The notes under the pieces were generated by a model that saw nothing but the letters and a program-made list of their open reading frames with translations, was not told the DNA's origin and made no database searches. Positions 45,948 to 56,563 of a DNA stretch of 64,000 nucleotides are shown here, piece by piece. The position numbers and the translations under genes are program-made. How positions within the stretch are numbered: position 1 is the first letter of the stretch; every line of letters begins with the position of its first letter. This DNA comes from Polyangiales bacterium. Lineage in GTDB: Bacteria > Myxococcota_A > Polyangia > Polyangiales > Polyangiaceae. Location of the stretch: assembly GCA_038230375.1 (NCBI GenBank), contig JBBRNJ010000044.1:9157-73156 (forward strand). The letters run 5' to 3'.

Positions 45948-47720
45948 TCAGTACGGCGTCTCTTTGAAGCCGTTCGGAGTGGTGGCTGTTCCGGTGCCAC
46001 TGGTGGGCGGCGTTGGCGGCGTTGGCGGCGTCGGCGGCTGTCGGACAAACCCGCCGCCCGTCTTGGCGAGGCGCACGAAGACCGCTCCGTCCGCGAACTT
46101 CGCAGCGCGCGTCTCGGGCCGGAAGCCGGGACGCGAGAACACGAAGTGGTGCGCCTTCTGCGCATCCGCCTGCGACATCGAGAGCTCGCACGGCGTCGCG
46201 TTGCAGATCTCCACACCGTTGTCGCGCACCGCAGCGCCCTCCGGCTCGGACGTGATCACCCACTTCACGACTGCGGGCGGCGGCGGGGTCGGGTCTGCGA
46301 CGATCGCGCTGGCGGTGGTGACAGGGGCAGTGGCGGCGTTCGTCGGGACGGACGGGGTCTCCGGCTGCGCGCCCGCACGCAACGTGGGCGAGCGATCGGT
46401 TGCTGGCGTGTTCGGCGTGGCGACCGACCCAGACTCTCTGTTGGTGGAGGCGCGATAGACCCCGAACCCGAACGAGCCGCCGATCACGATCGCTGCGAGC
46501 GCGATGATCGGGATCACGAACGGCGAACGCCGCGACTGCGATCCGGTCGCGAGCTGCGCGGTGAGGGCCGCGCCGACCAGGGGCATCGGCGTCGCGCTCT
46601 GCGATGCGCCAGGACCCGTCGCGGCAGGCGGTGGGGCGGACGGATAGACCGCCGGCATGGAATAGCTGTTGGACGCGTTGGCATTTCCGGCGCGGCCCGC
46701 GTTCGCGACACTGCCCAGGTTGCGGACGTCGCCCAGCTGGCCGACGAACGCGGGCACCGGGTTCGAGCCCGACGCCGTGTGACGCGAGGCCGCCTGGATC
46801 GCCTGGAAAGAGCCATAGTCGCCCGTGGCCTGCAGCTGCGGCATCCCGCTCGCGTGCTTGAGCCCCGCGAGCACGTCCTCCATGGATGACCAGCGCTGGT
46901 TCGGGTCCTTCGCGATGCACCTGTAGATCAGATCTTCGAGCGCGGGCGACACGATCACATCGGGCTTCACGGACCGCAGCGGCGGCGGCGGCTCGCTCAC
47001 GTGCGCCATCAGGGTGTTCACGCTCGTGGCGCGATCGAATGGCACCCTGCCCGTGAGCATCTCGTAGAGGATGACGCCGAGCGCATAGATGTCCGTACGA
47101 CCATCCACGGAGGCGCCCTGGATCTGCTCCGGCGCCATGTACTTCGGCGAGCCCATGAAGAGGCCCGTGTGCGTGAGCTGCTCCTCGGGCTTCTCGTCGA
47201 TGTTCTTCACAAGACCGAAGTCGAGGACCTTCACCACGTCGGACTCGTCGCCGTGTTCGGTGAGGAAGATGTTCGCGGGCTTCAGGTCGCGATGGATGAC
47301 GCCCATCGCGTGGGCCTCGCGCAGGCTGCGGCAGATCTGCCGCGCGATGTGCATCGCACGCTCTTCGGGCAACGAGCCGGTCTCGCGGATCGCCTTGTGG
47401 AGCGTCTTGCCTTCGAGCAGCTCCATCGCCATGAAGAAGACGTCGTCGTCCGTTCGGCCGTAGTCGAAGACGGTGACGGTGTTCGGATGTTTGAGCTTCG
47501 ACGCGATGCTCGCTTCGAGGAAGAAGCGCCGCTGAAATTCCGGATCGCCGTCGCCCGCATAGTTCGTGGTCAAGACCTTGAGCGCGCAGACACGACCGAG
47601 GGGAGTTTGCTCCGCTCGATACACCTTCCCCATCCCACCCCGCGCGATCAGAGATACGATCTTGAATCGTCCGTTGATCGTTCGGCCGAGAAGCGGGTCG
47701 GGCGGACTGGAGGTCCGCAT
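45948..47720 (-). CDS. Membrane Ser/Thr kinase with periplasmic PEGA-like domain
   Basis: ARGGMGKVY, HRDLKPAN, DFG and APE; TM (FVIPIIALAAIVIG); ITSEPEGA...TPC...RPGF. Confidence 0.93.
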   Translation of the reverse strand: MRTSSPPDPLLGRTINGRFKIVSLIARGGMGKVYRAEQTPLGRVCALKVLTTNYAGDGDPEFQRRFFLEASIASKLKHPNTVTVFDYGRTDDDVFFMAMELLEGKTLHKAIRETGSLPEERAMHIARQICRSLREAHAMGVIHRDLKPANIFLTEHGDESDVVKVLDFGLVKNIDEKPEEQLTHTGLFMGSPKYMAPEQIQGASVDGRTDIYALGVILYEMLTGRVPFDRATSVNTLMAHVSEPPPPLRSVKPDVIVSPALEDLIYRCIAKDPNQRWSSMEDVLAGLKHASGMPQLQATGDYGSFQAIQAASRHTASGSNPVPAFVGQLGDVRNLGSVANAGRAGNANASNSYSMPAVYPSAPPPAATGPGASQSATPMPLVGAALTAQLATGSQSRRSPFVIPIIALAAIVIGGSFGFGVYRASTNRESGSVATPNTPATDRSPTLRAGAQPETPSVPTNAATAPVTTASAIVADPTPPPPAVVKWVITSEPEGAAVRDNGVEICNATPCELSMSQADAQKAHHFVFSRPGFRPETRAAKFADGAVFVRLAKTGGGFVRQPPTPPTPPTPPTSGTGTATTPNGFKETPY

Positions 47721-47951
47721 CGCTAATGACGGTCGTTCGGACATGCGAAAACTCGGCCTTTGGCCGCTCTCATCAGTGTGCCGGGCGGGTAGGATAGTGT
47801 CAACGTCCCGGCAGGCCACAGCGCACCGTAAAACGCGCCACACATGTGAGGCTGCGATGCCGCAGAGTCGTCTCTAACAAAGGCAACACCGGCCCGACTC
47901 CTGCAACCATCGGAGGCTGATACGCGTTCACCCCTTCGAGAGGCCCATCGC

Positions 47952-49028
47952 ATGAAGACCCAGATCCTCCTTGCTGCCGCGGTTTTTGCGGCAATGGCTA
48001 TTGGCTGCTCCTCGAACGACACCAGCTCGGGTGGGGGCACTAGCCCTGCTCCGACGACGCCAGGTGGTGGATCAACCCCTCCCGGGGGTGGCGGCGGCGG
48101 GGGCGGCGGTGGAGGTGGTGGCGGCGGGGGCGGGGGCGGTGGTGGTGGGATGACGGGCGGACTGACTGGCGCCGTGAGCGCCGACGCCACGTGGAAGAAC
48201 GGTCAGCAGATCAGCGGCAACGTCGACATCGCCGCAGGCGTGACCGTGACGCTCGATCCCGGCGCAGTGATCACTGTCGCATCAGGCGCCAGCATCACCG
48301 TGCACGGCACGCTGACGTCTTCGACCAAGGCGATGCACTCCAAGATCACCGGCAGCGGCTGGAGCGGCATCATCGTCGCTTCGGGCGGCACGCTTGCGCT
48401 CATCGGCACGGACCTCGACGGCGCAGGCATCGACGTCCAGGGCGGCGACAAGGCTGCATCCTACGACTACGGCACCATGACCGGCGGCGCATTCACGGTC
48501 GAGAAGGGCGGCGTGTTCAACACGAACCACGCCGCGGCCGTCTCGGGTGGAAGCAGCGTCATCTCGGGCGCGCTCACTGCGACGTTCCTCGACTACTCGG
48601 GCTCGGGCATCTCGCTCGCCGACGCATCCGCGACCGCGAGCATCGCGGACTCCAAGATGACCGGCAATGGCGGCGACTTCCTCACGGCGAGCTCCGGCAC
48701 ACTGATGCACGTCGAGTTCACCGTCATCAGCGGCTCGCACTGCCCGTTCCACTTCGACGGGCTCACGAAGTACACGTTCGACCACGTCGCCACGCGCGGC
48801 AACGGCTACGGCGAGATGATGTACAACCCGGATGTGGGGCCCAACACGATCTCGTTCTCCTCGTTCGAGGACCCGAGCTTCAGCCAGACGAGCAAGACGA
48901 CCACCATCAACGTCGACAACTCGTATTTCAAGGCCAAGAACACGGTTGGCGTCGTGAAGATCACCATGGCGGCAAACGCACCGGTCGCTGCCGCAGCTCC
49001 GCGCGGGATGCCTGGTCCGAACGGCTGA
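47952..49028 (+). CDS. Lipoprotein with poly-Gly linker and beta-helix-like body
   Basis: AIGC lipobox; repeated VTV/ITV strands. Confidence 0.8.
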   Translation: MKTQILLAAAVFAAMAIGCSSNDTSSGGGTSPAPTTPGGGSTPPGGGGGGGGGGGGGGGGGGGGGGMTGGLTGAVSADATWKNGQQISGNVDIAAGVTVTLDPGAVITVASGASITVHGTLTSSTKAMHSKITGSGWSGIIVASGGTLALIGTDLDGAGIDVQGGDKAASYDYGTMTGGAFTVEKGGVFNTNHAAAVSGGSSVISGALTATFLDYSGSGISLADASATASIADSKMTGNGGDFLTASSGTLMHVEFTVISGSHCPFHFDGLTKYTFDHVATRGNGYGEMMYNPDVGPNTISFSSFEDPSFSQTSKTTTINVDNSYFKAKNTVGVVKITMAANAPVAAAAPRGMPGPNG

Positions 49029-49062
49029 TCGCCAAGACCATCAGCGTGAGACTGCGCAGCCT

Positions 49063-50652
49063 CTAGGGGCTGACGGACGGCGGCGTCGCAGCGTGCGGTG
49101 CCGCCGTTCTTGCGTCGTCTGGTGAGGGCGCGGGCGTGAGTCGTCTGCGGCGATCCGTCGAGCGCCATTCGTTCACGACGTCACGGGGGTGTAGCGGTCC
49201 CGAGAACGGCAGCTCGTAGGCCGCGTCGAAATCGGTGATGCCCTTCGTGCGCACGTAGATGGTCTTGCGCGCGTAGGGCAGGAAGAACATGCGGAACGGG
49301 AAGAAGTTCTTCACGACGCATACGTCCGCCTTCCAGATATCCAGCCCGAGATCCTTGTAGAATGCAGGCATCATCACCATGGGCGCGCCGCTGGTGACAC
49401 AGACGTGCGTGTTCCCGGCGCGGAGCACGGCGACACGGCCGTACGGACCCTCGGCGTGGAGCGAAACCAGGCGCGCACGCAGACGGAAAGGCTTCGTGCG
49501 CGTGGGGTCGAGCTTGCCGCCGACGTCGACGATGACCTCGTCACCGATGTCGTGCTCGTCCATCTCTGCCACGACCTCTGCGTCGCGAACGGGCACATAG
49601 GAGACAAGGTCGCTCCCCTCTTCCGTGAGTACGCGGAGGAGCTCGGTGTTCTCACCGATGGAGCCCGCAGTCACCACGTCCGATGCATCCGCCATGACCA
49701 CGGTGCCCAGCTTGCGCCGGAGGCGAGCGGCGCGTGCGTCCTTCACGGCCTCGCTCGCGGATGGAAACGGCGGCGGCTGTTCGTGGCGCACGGCCCAGCA
49801 TGCCTCCGCGAGCTCGTCAGCGAGCCGTTCGGCGAGGTCGCGATCATTGTCAGTGTGGACCACCACGCTCCATCCGAGCTCGGGATCGTCATTCCACAGA
49901 TGCACGGGGAAGATGCTCGCGTCGAGCACGCGCGGGTCCTTGCACATGCGCCGCATGAGACTGAAGACGCCGCGCATGGGCGACAGGAAATCGATCGTGT
50001 TGCCACCGCCGAGCAGAAGCGTCAGCGAGCGCCAAGCAGTCTGGATGCGCACCTGGCCAGCAAGGCTCCGCAGCAGCGCATTGGTGGCGCGCGCCGCGGT
50101 CTGCTTGTGATCGCGGTGCGGGTTGGTGTGGTACGCGCTGATGACGTCGGTGGCTTCTACGCGCGCGCGCGTGAGGTTGCCGTGCAGATCGAACGACGCG
50201 GCCACGGGCTTGCCGCCGGTCACGCGCTTCACAGCCTCGATCACGCGTGTGTCCGCGTCTGGAACGCCGCGCACGCCCATGGCGCCGTGGAGCGAGAGAA
50301 ACACGCCGTCGACCTCGCCCGCGTCCGACAGACGATCGCACAGACGCGTGACCAGCGTGTCGAACGCGCTCTTCTCCAGCGGCCCGCCCGAGATGGTCCA
50401 CGCAGACAGGAGCGGTACGGGCGTGACCTCACGTGCGCGAAACGCGCGCGCCGCGCGGACGAAGCCAGAGAGCTCCAGGTTGCGGAGGTAGCCCTTGACC
50501 TCCCAGCGCAGCGGCGACGAGCACACCGAGAGCAGCTCCTGCCCTTCCATCAAATGCGTGCGCTCGAAGTCGGCCAACGTGGTGGAGACCGGAGACAGCG
50601 CGTTCGTCTCCTGCATGATGCGACCGAACGCGATGCGGAGGGGCTTACTCAC
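49063..50652 (-). CDS. M81 metallopeptidase (MlrC family)
   Basis: QETNA, LHGAM, DLHGN and YHTNPHRD; start GTG 50652 has a TACGTT box 7 nt upstream. Confidence 0.9.
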   Translation of the reverse strand: MSKPLRIAFGRIMQETNALSPVSTTLADFERTHLMEGQELLSVCSSPLRWEVKGYLRNLELSGFVRAARAFRAREVTPVPLLSAWTISGGPLEKSAFDTLVTRLCDRLSDAGEVDGVFLSLHGAMGVRGVPDADTRVIEAVKRVTGGKPVAASFDLHGNLTRARVEATDVISAYHTNPHRDHKQTAARATNALLRSLAGQVRIQTAWRSLTLLLGGGNTIDFLSPMRGVFSLMRRMCKDPRVLDASIFPVHLWNDDPELGWSVVVHTDNDRDLAERLADELAEACWAVRHEQPPPFPSASEAVKDARAARLRRKLGTVVMADASDVVTAGSIGENTELLRVLTEEGSDLVSYVPVRDAEVVAEMDEHDIGDEVIVDVGGKLDPTRTKPFRLRARLVSLHAEGPYGRVAVLRAGNTHVCVTSGAPMVMMPAFYKDLGLDIWKADVCVVKNFFPFRMFFLPYARKTIYVRTKGITDFDAAYELPFSGPLHPRDVVNEWRSTDRRRRLTPAPSPDDARTAAPHAATPPSVSP

Positions 50653-50714
50653 GCGCACGAACGTAGCGCCGCTTCGCGCGACTTCCAGCGAACGTCACAA
50701 AGTATCGGGTCCAG

Positions 50715-51577
50715 TCACTGGCACGCAGTCCTGAGCGTGATGCTGTCGACGAAGACCACCATCGTCGCATCCGGGACCGTCACGCCGCAGGTGAGCGTGA
50801 TCTGGCCCATGCCGCCGGGCGCGACATATGGACCGTACTTGGTGGTGGTGTTTGCGCTGCTGGTCTCCACGGTGACCGGCCAAAGCGTCCCGCCTGGGTT
50901 GATGGTCATGCTCACGCTGGACCAGGAGTTGTTGAGCGGCAGCGTGACCGGTAGAGCAAACGCGTTCGTCGCATCGACCGTGGGGGGTTGCACCAGGTGG
51001 AAGGCGACCTGTTGCCCTAACGCCGGCACTGCGCGGATGAAGGCCTCCGCGGAGTCGTTCCCAACCTGCGTCTTGACCGAGCAACCGAACGCAGTGGCGT
51101 TGGGTAGGGTCTGCGGATTGATCGCGAAGTCGAGCGTCGTCGGCCCGATGATCTGCGCGGGAAGACCCGCGTGAACGTCGCGAAGCCACCGGCGGATACC
51201 TGGAAGTTGCAAGACACGCCCGATGCGCCCGACGGCTTCGACGCGTTCGGGGCTTCAGAGCCGGCGTCGGAATCCACCGTCGGCGGAGAGCTGCAGTTCT
51301 GCATGGAGAACAGGGTGAGCTGGCCGGCCACGCAAGGGTTTGTGCTTCCACCATCGCTGCCCGCGTCCTTCGCCGTGGAGCCGTCCATCATCTCACCAAC
51401 GACGGCACCGTCGAGCATCGGACCGGTCTGCGTGCCCGTGTCCGGTTGTTTGCCGGCATCGGAGGCGCCAGGAGATGGGTTTGCGTCAGCACCACCAAAG
51501 GCGCTGCACGCCAGAAACCCTCCGCCGGCCAGCAAGGTGAACAAGACGGGAGACAGGAAGATCGCAGTTCTACGCAC
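50715..51577 (-). pseudogene. Lipoprotein gene split by a single frameshift near 51160
   Basis: FLAC lipobox ORF joins the downstream ORF if one C is added at TTC-CC-GCG (giving FPAQII). Confidence 0.65.
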
Positions 51578-51679
51578 CAGCGGATCGTACGTCCTTCCTC
51601 GACGGGATTCCAGGTAACGGCCGTCTCAGCAGCCTAATCCGCTCGAATTGCGCCGAAGCGTGAGGTAGCGTTCACTCCG

Positions 51680-52507
51680 ATGAAGCTCGGAGCCAAAGTC
51701 ACTGCCCTGTTCGCCCTGGTCGTCTTCGCGGCCGTTTTCTTCGTCTCCAGCGACGCGCTCGCCGGCGGACGCTTCACGCTGAAGAGCGGGGAGGTCGCGG
51801 AGCAGTCCGGTGCATGGCACGTGTTCGTGACGATCGAGCTGCCGAAGCCGCCGCCGATCCCCCACCAGACGATGCGCTTCCTCTTCACGAAGACCGCCGT
51901 GTACGAGCGCTCGCTCATCGACAACCACGACGCGCCGGTCACCAACGTCACGGTGCTGCAGAACCAGTCGCCGTCGGTCGAGAGCCTCGACGTGGACTTC
52001 TCCAACGCGAGCGGCAAGATCTTCACGACGACGCGCTTCGACTTCGGTCTCACGCGCGATCGCGGCTACGAGGCCGGCGAGTACAGCGTGCAGCTCCGCA
52101 CCAGCGACGGCGTTGACGTTGGCGGCCGCGCGAACATCAAGTTGAAGGGCGACAACCCCGTCGTTGATCGCCGCGCCATGAACTTCAACAAGGACAACAA
52201 GATCAAGAAAATCGACGGCGTCGATGCCGGTGCGAAGCAGGTCGCCCAGAACGACGACACCCCGAACGGCAACGCGGGCGGCAACGGCGAGGTCACGGCC
52301 ACGGGAAGCGCGCAGCCGTTCATTCCGGCGGACGCCTACAACAAGACTCCGGAAGAGAACATCCAGGTGAAGCCGAAGGGCGGCTGCGGCTGCTCTGTCC
52401 CCGGCATGTCGACGGAGGGCGGCCTGGTCGTGCTGCTCCCGCTCGCTGCCATCGGCCTCGCGGTCGCACGGCGTCGTCAACGAACCGCCCCACGCAAGAG
52501 CGCGTGA
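51680..52507 (+). CDS. Secreted protein with MYXO-CTERM-type sorting tail
   Basis: Signal peptide; C-terminal GGCGCSVPG, TM segment and RRR. Confidence 0.85.
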   Translation: MKLGAKVTALFALVVFAAVFFVSSDALAGGRFTLKSGEVAEQSGAWHVFVTIELPKPPPIPHQTMRFLFTKTAVYERSLIDNHDAPVTNVTVLQNQSPSVESLDVDFSNASGKIFTTTRFDFGLTRDRGYEAGEYSVQLRTSDGVDVGGRANIKLKGDNPVVDRRAMNFNKDNKIKKIDGVDAGAKQVAQNDDTPNGNAGGNGEVTATGSAQPFIPADAYNKTPEENIQVKPKGGCGCSVPGMSTEGGLVVLLPLAAIGLAVARRRQRTAPRKSA

Positions 52508-53550
52508 CGCCCGAGGACGCGCTCCGCCACGCAGCGTCGGGGCAGCTACTTCCCGTCTACGTCGTGGTGGGTGAAGAGCGCGTGCTGCGCGATCGCGTTG
52601 TTGCGGCGCTGCGCGAAGCTGCGCTTGGCGGAGGGCTCGCGGACTTCAACGAGGACAAGTTCACCGCCGGCGAGTCCGACGTGGACAAGGTCCTGTCCGC
52701 AGCGCGCACGGTCCCCATGATGGCGAACCGTCGGTTCTGCCTCGTTCGCAGCGTCGAGCGATGGGACTCCCAGGGCGGCGGCGAAGAGAAGGACAGCTCC
52801 AAGGCCTCGCCGATCGAGAAGCTTGCACAATACACGGAAGAGCCGGTGCCCACGACGTGCCTCGTGCTCGTGGGCTCCGCGCTCGACGGGCGTCGCAAGC
52901 TCATGTCGCTCGCAAAGAAGAAGCAGCTCGTCGTGTCATGCGACCCGCTCGACGACCGCGCCCTTGGCGAGTTCATCATGAAGGCGTTCCGCGACAAGGG
53001 GCACAAGGTCGGCCACGACATCGCGGATCTGCTCGCGCAGCTCGCCGGGCCGGAGCTCGGCCACGTGTCGGACGTCGTGGAGCGGCTCTCGCTCTACGTG
53101 GGCAAGGCCGACGGGAAGGGAGCCGAGATCACCGAAGACGCTGTCGCCGCGTGCGTCGCGCGCGTTCGTCTCGCGGACACGTGGTCCCTGGTGGACGCGG
53201 TGTCCGCGCGCGATCTCGGGAAGGCCATGCGCCTCTTCGCGGACGTCTACGATCCGAAGGACCGCGGCCTGCCCATGCTCGGCGCGCTCGCATGGACGGT
53301 GCGGCAGCTCGCGCGCGTGGCCACCGGCATCGAGTCGGGGCAGAGCCCGGACGACGCCGCACGCACCGCCGGCGTGCCGCCGTTCAAGGCACGCGAGATC
53401 GCGATGAAGGCGAAGGGCTGGCGCGCGCGCGAGCTCGAGCGCTGGCTCACCGTCCTCCAGGAAACCGACCTCGCACTGAAGAGCTCCCGCCGGCCCGCGG
53501 ACGTCATTCTGGAAGACATGCTGACGCGCCTCATGCGCCGAGCCGCCTGA
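52504..53550 (+). CDS. holA: DNA polymerase III delta subunit
   Basis: PVYVVVGEE, TVPMMANRR, ERLSLY and ETDLALKSS. Confidence 0.9.
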   Translation: MTPEDALRHAASGQLLPVYVVVGEERVLRDRVVAALREAALGGGLADFNEDKFTAGESDVDKVLSAARTVPMMANRRFCLVRSVERWDSQGGGEEKDSSKASPIEKLAQYTEEPVPTTCLVLVGSALDGRRKLMSLAKKKQLVVSCDPLDDRALGEFIMKAFRDKGHKVGHDIADLLAQLAGPELGHVSDVVERLSLYVGKADGKGAEITEDAVAACVARVRLADTWSLVDAVSARDLGKAMRLFADVYDPKDRGLPMLGALAWTVRQLARVATGIESGQSPDDAARTAGVPPFKAREIAMKAKGWRARELERWLTVLQETDLALKSSRRPADVILEDMLTRLMRRAA

Positions 53551-53725
53551 CCCCGGAACGCTCATTCATGTGTAGTTACGCCCATTGCGGCGTGGGGTGG
53601 CGGCGAATGGCTTGCGCGTCAGATGGCCATGTGCCAGAAGCCCTCTTCCCCTGGCTACCGGTAGGACTTAGATCTTAGGTAGCAGCACCGACTCGCACTT
53701 TCGCAGCTCCCAAGGAGATATTGAG

Positions 53726-54412
53726 ATGCACGTCCCCACTCGGGTGATCCGGCCTCACGCCATCTGGCAGGCTTCCGCAGAAGTTCCCACGCGCTACGGC
53801 AAGTTCGCCACCCACGTCTTCACCGTCACGGAGCCCGCGCAGAGCGAAGGCGGAGACGGCTGCACCAAGGAGCACGTCGCGCTTGTTCTTGGCGATGTGC
53901 GCGAGGGATCGGACGTCTACGTTCGCGTCCACTCGGAGTGCATCACGAGCGAGGTGTTCAACTCGCTCAAGTGCGACTGCAAGGAGCAGCTCGACGCTGC
54001 AATGGCAGAGATCGGTCGGCGCGGGCGCGGCATGATCCTCTACCTTCGCCAGGAGGGCCGCGGCATCGGCCTGGTCAACAAGATCAAGGCGTACGGCCTC
54101 CAGTCGAAGGGCCACGACACCGTGGACGCGAACCGCATGCTCGGGCTCCCCGACGATGCACGCGAGTACGACGCCGCGAAGGACATGCTCGATCACTTCG
54201 GCGTGAAGAGCATCGTGCTCATGACGAACAACCCGGAGAAGGTGAGCAAGCTGACGGCGCTGGGCGTGAAGGTGTCCGCGCGCCAGCCCGTGCTCATCGC
54301 GCCGAACCGCTACTCCGCCGGGTACCTGGAGGCGAAGCGCGTGCGAATGGCGCACGAGCTCCCGAAGCAGCCAGCGAACCAAGTTCGGCCCACCGGAAGC
54401 GACGCAGAATAG
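53726..54412 (+). CDS. ribA: GTP cyclohydrolase II
   Basis: RVHSEC...CDC, QEGRGIG, DTVDAN and TNNPEK. Confidence 0.95.
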   Translation: MHVPTRVIRPHAIWQASAEVPTRYGKFATHVFTVTEPAQSEGGDGCTKEHVALVLGDVREGSDVYVRVHSECITSEVFNSLKCDCKEQLDAAMAEIGRRGRGMILYLRQEGRGIGLVNKIKAYGLQSKGHDTVDANRMLGLPDDAREYDAAKDMLDHFGVKSIVLMTNNPEKVSKLTALGVKVSARQPVLIAPNRYSAGYLEAKRVRMAHELPKQPANQVRPTGSDAE

Positions 54413-54484
54413 CCGGCGCGCCCGATCTTCACGATCTTCCCGCGCCAATCCGCCCGTTTTTCGCGTAACGTGAGCGTCGGATTG

Positions 54485-56563
54485 ATGCGGCGTTACAAGC
54501 TCTATTCTCACGCTTTTCTCGCACTTGCGGTCGGGACGCTGACGTTCGCTTCGAGCGGCCGGAGCGCGCAGGCGCAAACCCTTCCCTCCATTGACGCGCG
54601 GACGTGGAGGCCGTCGTTCGACCCGGGCGCCAACCTGATCACGGAGCCGTCGAAGACGCCCGCGTCTGGTGAGTGGAACCTGGGGGCGTTCGCGACGTAC
54701 TCGTTCAGGCCAGTCACGGTGTTCAAGGCGGGCTCTGGCGACGTGGCGTTCCGCCCGGTCGAGCACGTCGCGGGCATGGACCTGGGTGGAACCATCGGCG
54801 TGTCCGATCGCATCGCGGTGGGCGCGTCGCTCCCGCTCGTGCTGTGGCAGGACGGGGACAGCGGCATGCCGTCCACGATCTCGTCCGCATCGCACGCGCC
54901 GCAGTTCGGGATCGGCGATGCGGCGCTGTCGCTCAAGGGCACGCTCATCCCCAACACGGGCGGCGGGCTTGGCCTTGCGTCCATCACGGCCATCACGCTT
55001 CCCACTGGCGACCGCACCAGCTTCTACGGCGACGGCTCCATCACGGCTCAGACGCGCATCGCTGCAGAGTACTCGTTCGTGATCGTCACGGCGAACGCGA
55101 GCCTTGGCTACAAGGCGCGCACGGACCAGCACACGTGGCCTGCACCCGAAGCAGGCGGCGTCACGTTCGGGGACGAGATCCCGTGGTCCGCCGGCATCAC
55201 GTTCAATCCGTCGCTCCTCAAGATCGATCCGCAGAATCGCCACCGCATCGAGCTCGCCGCGCACGGCTGGGTTCCGGGAGGCCCCGTCGCGCCGTTCGGC
55301 CTTGGCGACAAGGGCTCATCGGCGCTCTCGCCCGTCATGCTCACCGTGGACGACCGCGTCGAGATCGGCCACTACCGCGACGTGTACGCGCTCTACGGCG
55401 CCGACATCGGTCTCAACGACGCCGTCGGGGTTCCTGCGTTCCGCTTCATTGCCGGCATCGGCTGGTCGCCGCGCGACCATGACATGGATCACGACGGCAT
55501 CCCGGACGACCTCGACCAATGCCCGGAAATTCCCGAGGATCGTGACGGCTTCGAAGACTCCGACGGCTGCCCCGACATCGACGACGACGAGGACGGCATT
55601 GTCGACAAGGAGGACGCATGCCCGCGCGTGAAGGGCGTGGAGTCCACCGACCCGAAGAAGAACGGCTGCCCGCCTGACGATCGCGATCACGACGGCATCC
55701 CCGACAACGAGGACGCATGCCCGGACGCCTGGGGTGAGAAGAGCTCCGATCCGAAGATGAACGGCTGCCCCACCACGGACCGCGACAGTGACGGCATCCC
55801 CGACCGCCTCGACAGGTGCATCGATCAGCCCGAGGACAAGGACGGCTACAAGGACGACGACGGCTGCCCGGACCCGGACGACGACGGCGACGGCATCTCC
55901 GACAAGGAGGACGCATGCCCGAGGGTCGCCGGCGAGCCCAGCTCCGACCCCACGCGCAACGGCTGCCCCAACCCCGATCGCGACGGCGACACCTACGACA
56001 ACGACGTCGACAAGTGCCCCGAGTCCGCGGAGGTCTTCAACGGCATCGCGGACGACGACGGCTGCCCGGACGAGGGCGGCGTTGCCCTGGCATCCTTCAC
56101 GGCGAAGGATGGCAAGGTGAGCGCGAAGCTCTCGCAGCCGATCAAGTTCGGCGGTACGCCAGAGGCACCAGAGGTGGACGCAGCGAGCGTCATGGTGCTC
56201 CGCGCGATCGCGACTGAGCTCTCGCGTCATCGCGACTACACGCTCGCGATCGGCGTGCGGCCCGCGGGCGCGAGCGACGCGCAGCAGCAGGCAGCGCTGT
56301 CCAGGGCGTTCGCGGCGGTGCGCAAGCTCGCCGACCTCGCGCACAAGGACGGCCTCGCAGAGACTGTTGGCTGGGATGCGGTCAAGGCCACGCCCAACGC
56401 GACCGCGCCCACCGGCAACGGCGTGGGGCTGCTCGTCCTCGTCACGCCCAGCGCGCCCGGCCTTCCCGCGCCGAGCGGAAACACGGGCGCTGGCGCGACA
56501 GGTCCCGGCAAGAACCCGCTGGTTCCAGAGCCGAAGCCCAAGGCACCGCCGGAGAAGAAGTAG
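54485..56563 (+). CDS. Outer-membrane beta-barrel + thrombospondin-3 repeats + degenerate OmpA-like domain
   Basis: Signal peptide, amphipathic strands, many DxDxDG..D..DxCP and DGCP repeats. Confidence 0.88.
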   Translation: MRRYKLYSHAFLALAVGTLTFASSGRSAQAQTLPSIDARTWRPSFDPGANLITEPSKTPASGEWNLGAFATYSFRPVTVFKAGSGDVAFRPVEHVAGMDLGGTIGVSDRIAVGASLPLVLWQDGDSGMPSTISSASHAPQFGIGDAALSLKGTLIPNTGGGLGLASITAITLPTGDRTSFYGDGSITAQTRIAAEYSFVIVTANASLGYKARTDQHTWPAPEAGGVTFGDEIPWSAGITFNPSLLKIDPQNRHRIELAAHGWVPGGPVAPFGLGDKGSSALSPVMLTVDDRVEIGHYRDVYALYGADIGLNDAVGVPAFRFIAGIGWSPRDHDMDHDGIPDDLDQCPEIPEDRDGFEDSDGCPDIDDDEDGIVDKEDACPRVKGVESTDPKKNGCPPDDRDHDGIPDNEDACPDAWGEKSSDPKMNGCPTTDRDSDGIPDRLDRCIDQPEDKDGYKDDDGCPDPDDDGDGISDKEDACPRVAGEPSSDPTRNGCPNPDRDGDTYDNDVDKCPESAEVFNGIADDDGCPDEGGVALASFTAKDGKVSAKLSQPIKFGGTPEAPEVDAASVMVLRAIATELSRHRDYTLAIGVRPAGASDAQQQAALSRAFAAVRKLADLAHKDGLAETVGWDAVKATPNATAPTGNGVGLLVLVTPSAPGLPAPSGNTGAGATGPGKNPLVPEPKPKAPPEKK

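Noticed and set aside
48084..48150. G-rich tract as a G-quadruplex or phase-variable element
   Set aside because: Explained by a poly-Gly linker with mixed GGN codons
53551..53725. Possible FMN riboswitch upstream of ribA
   Set aside because: No recognisable RFN conserved segments by eye; an Rfam/Infernal scan would be decisive
55480..56075. Repeated GACGACGACGGCTGCCC-type units as a repeat array
   Set aside because: Coding thrombospondin type-3 repeats
54485..56563. Calling the TSP3-OmpA protein traB
   Set aside because: No adjacent PA14/Cys-repeat traA; the architecture is shared by many paralogs
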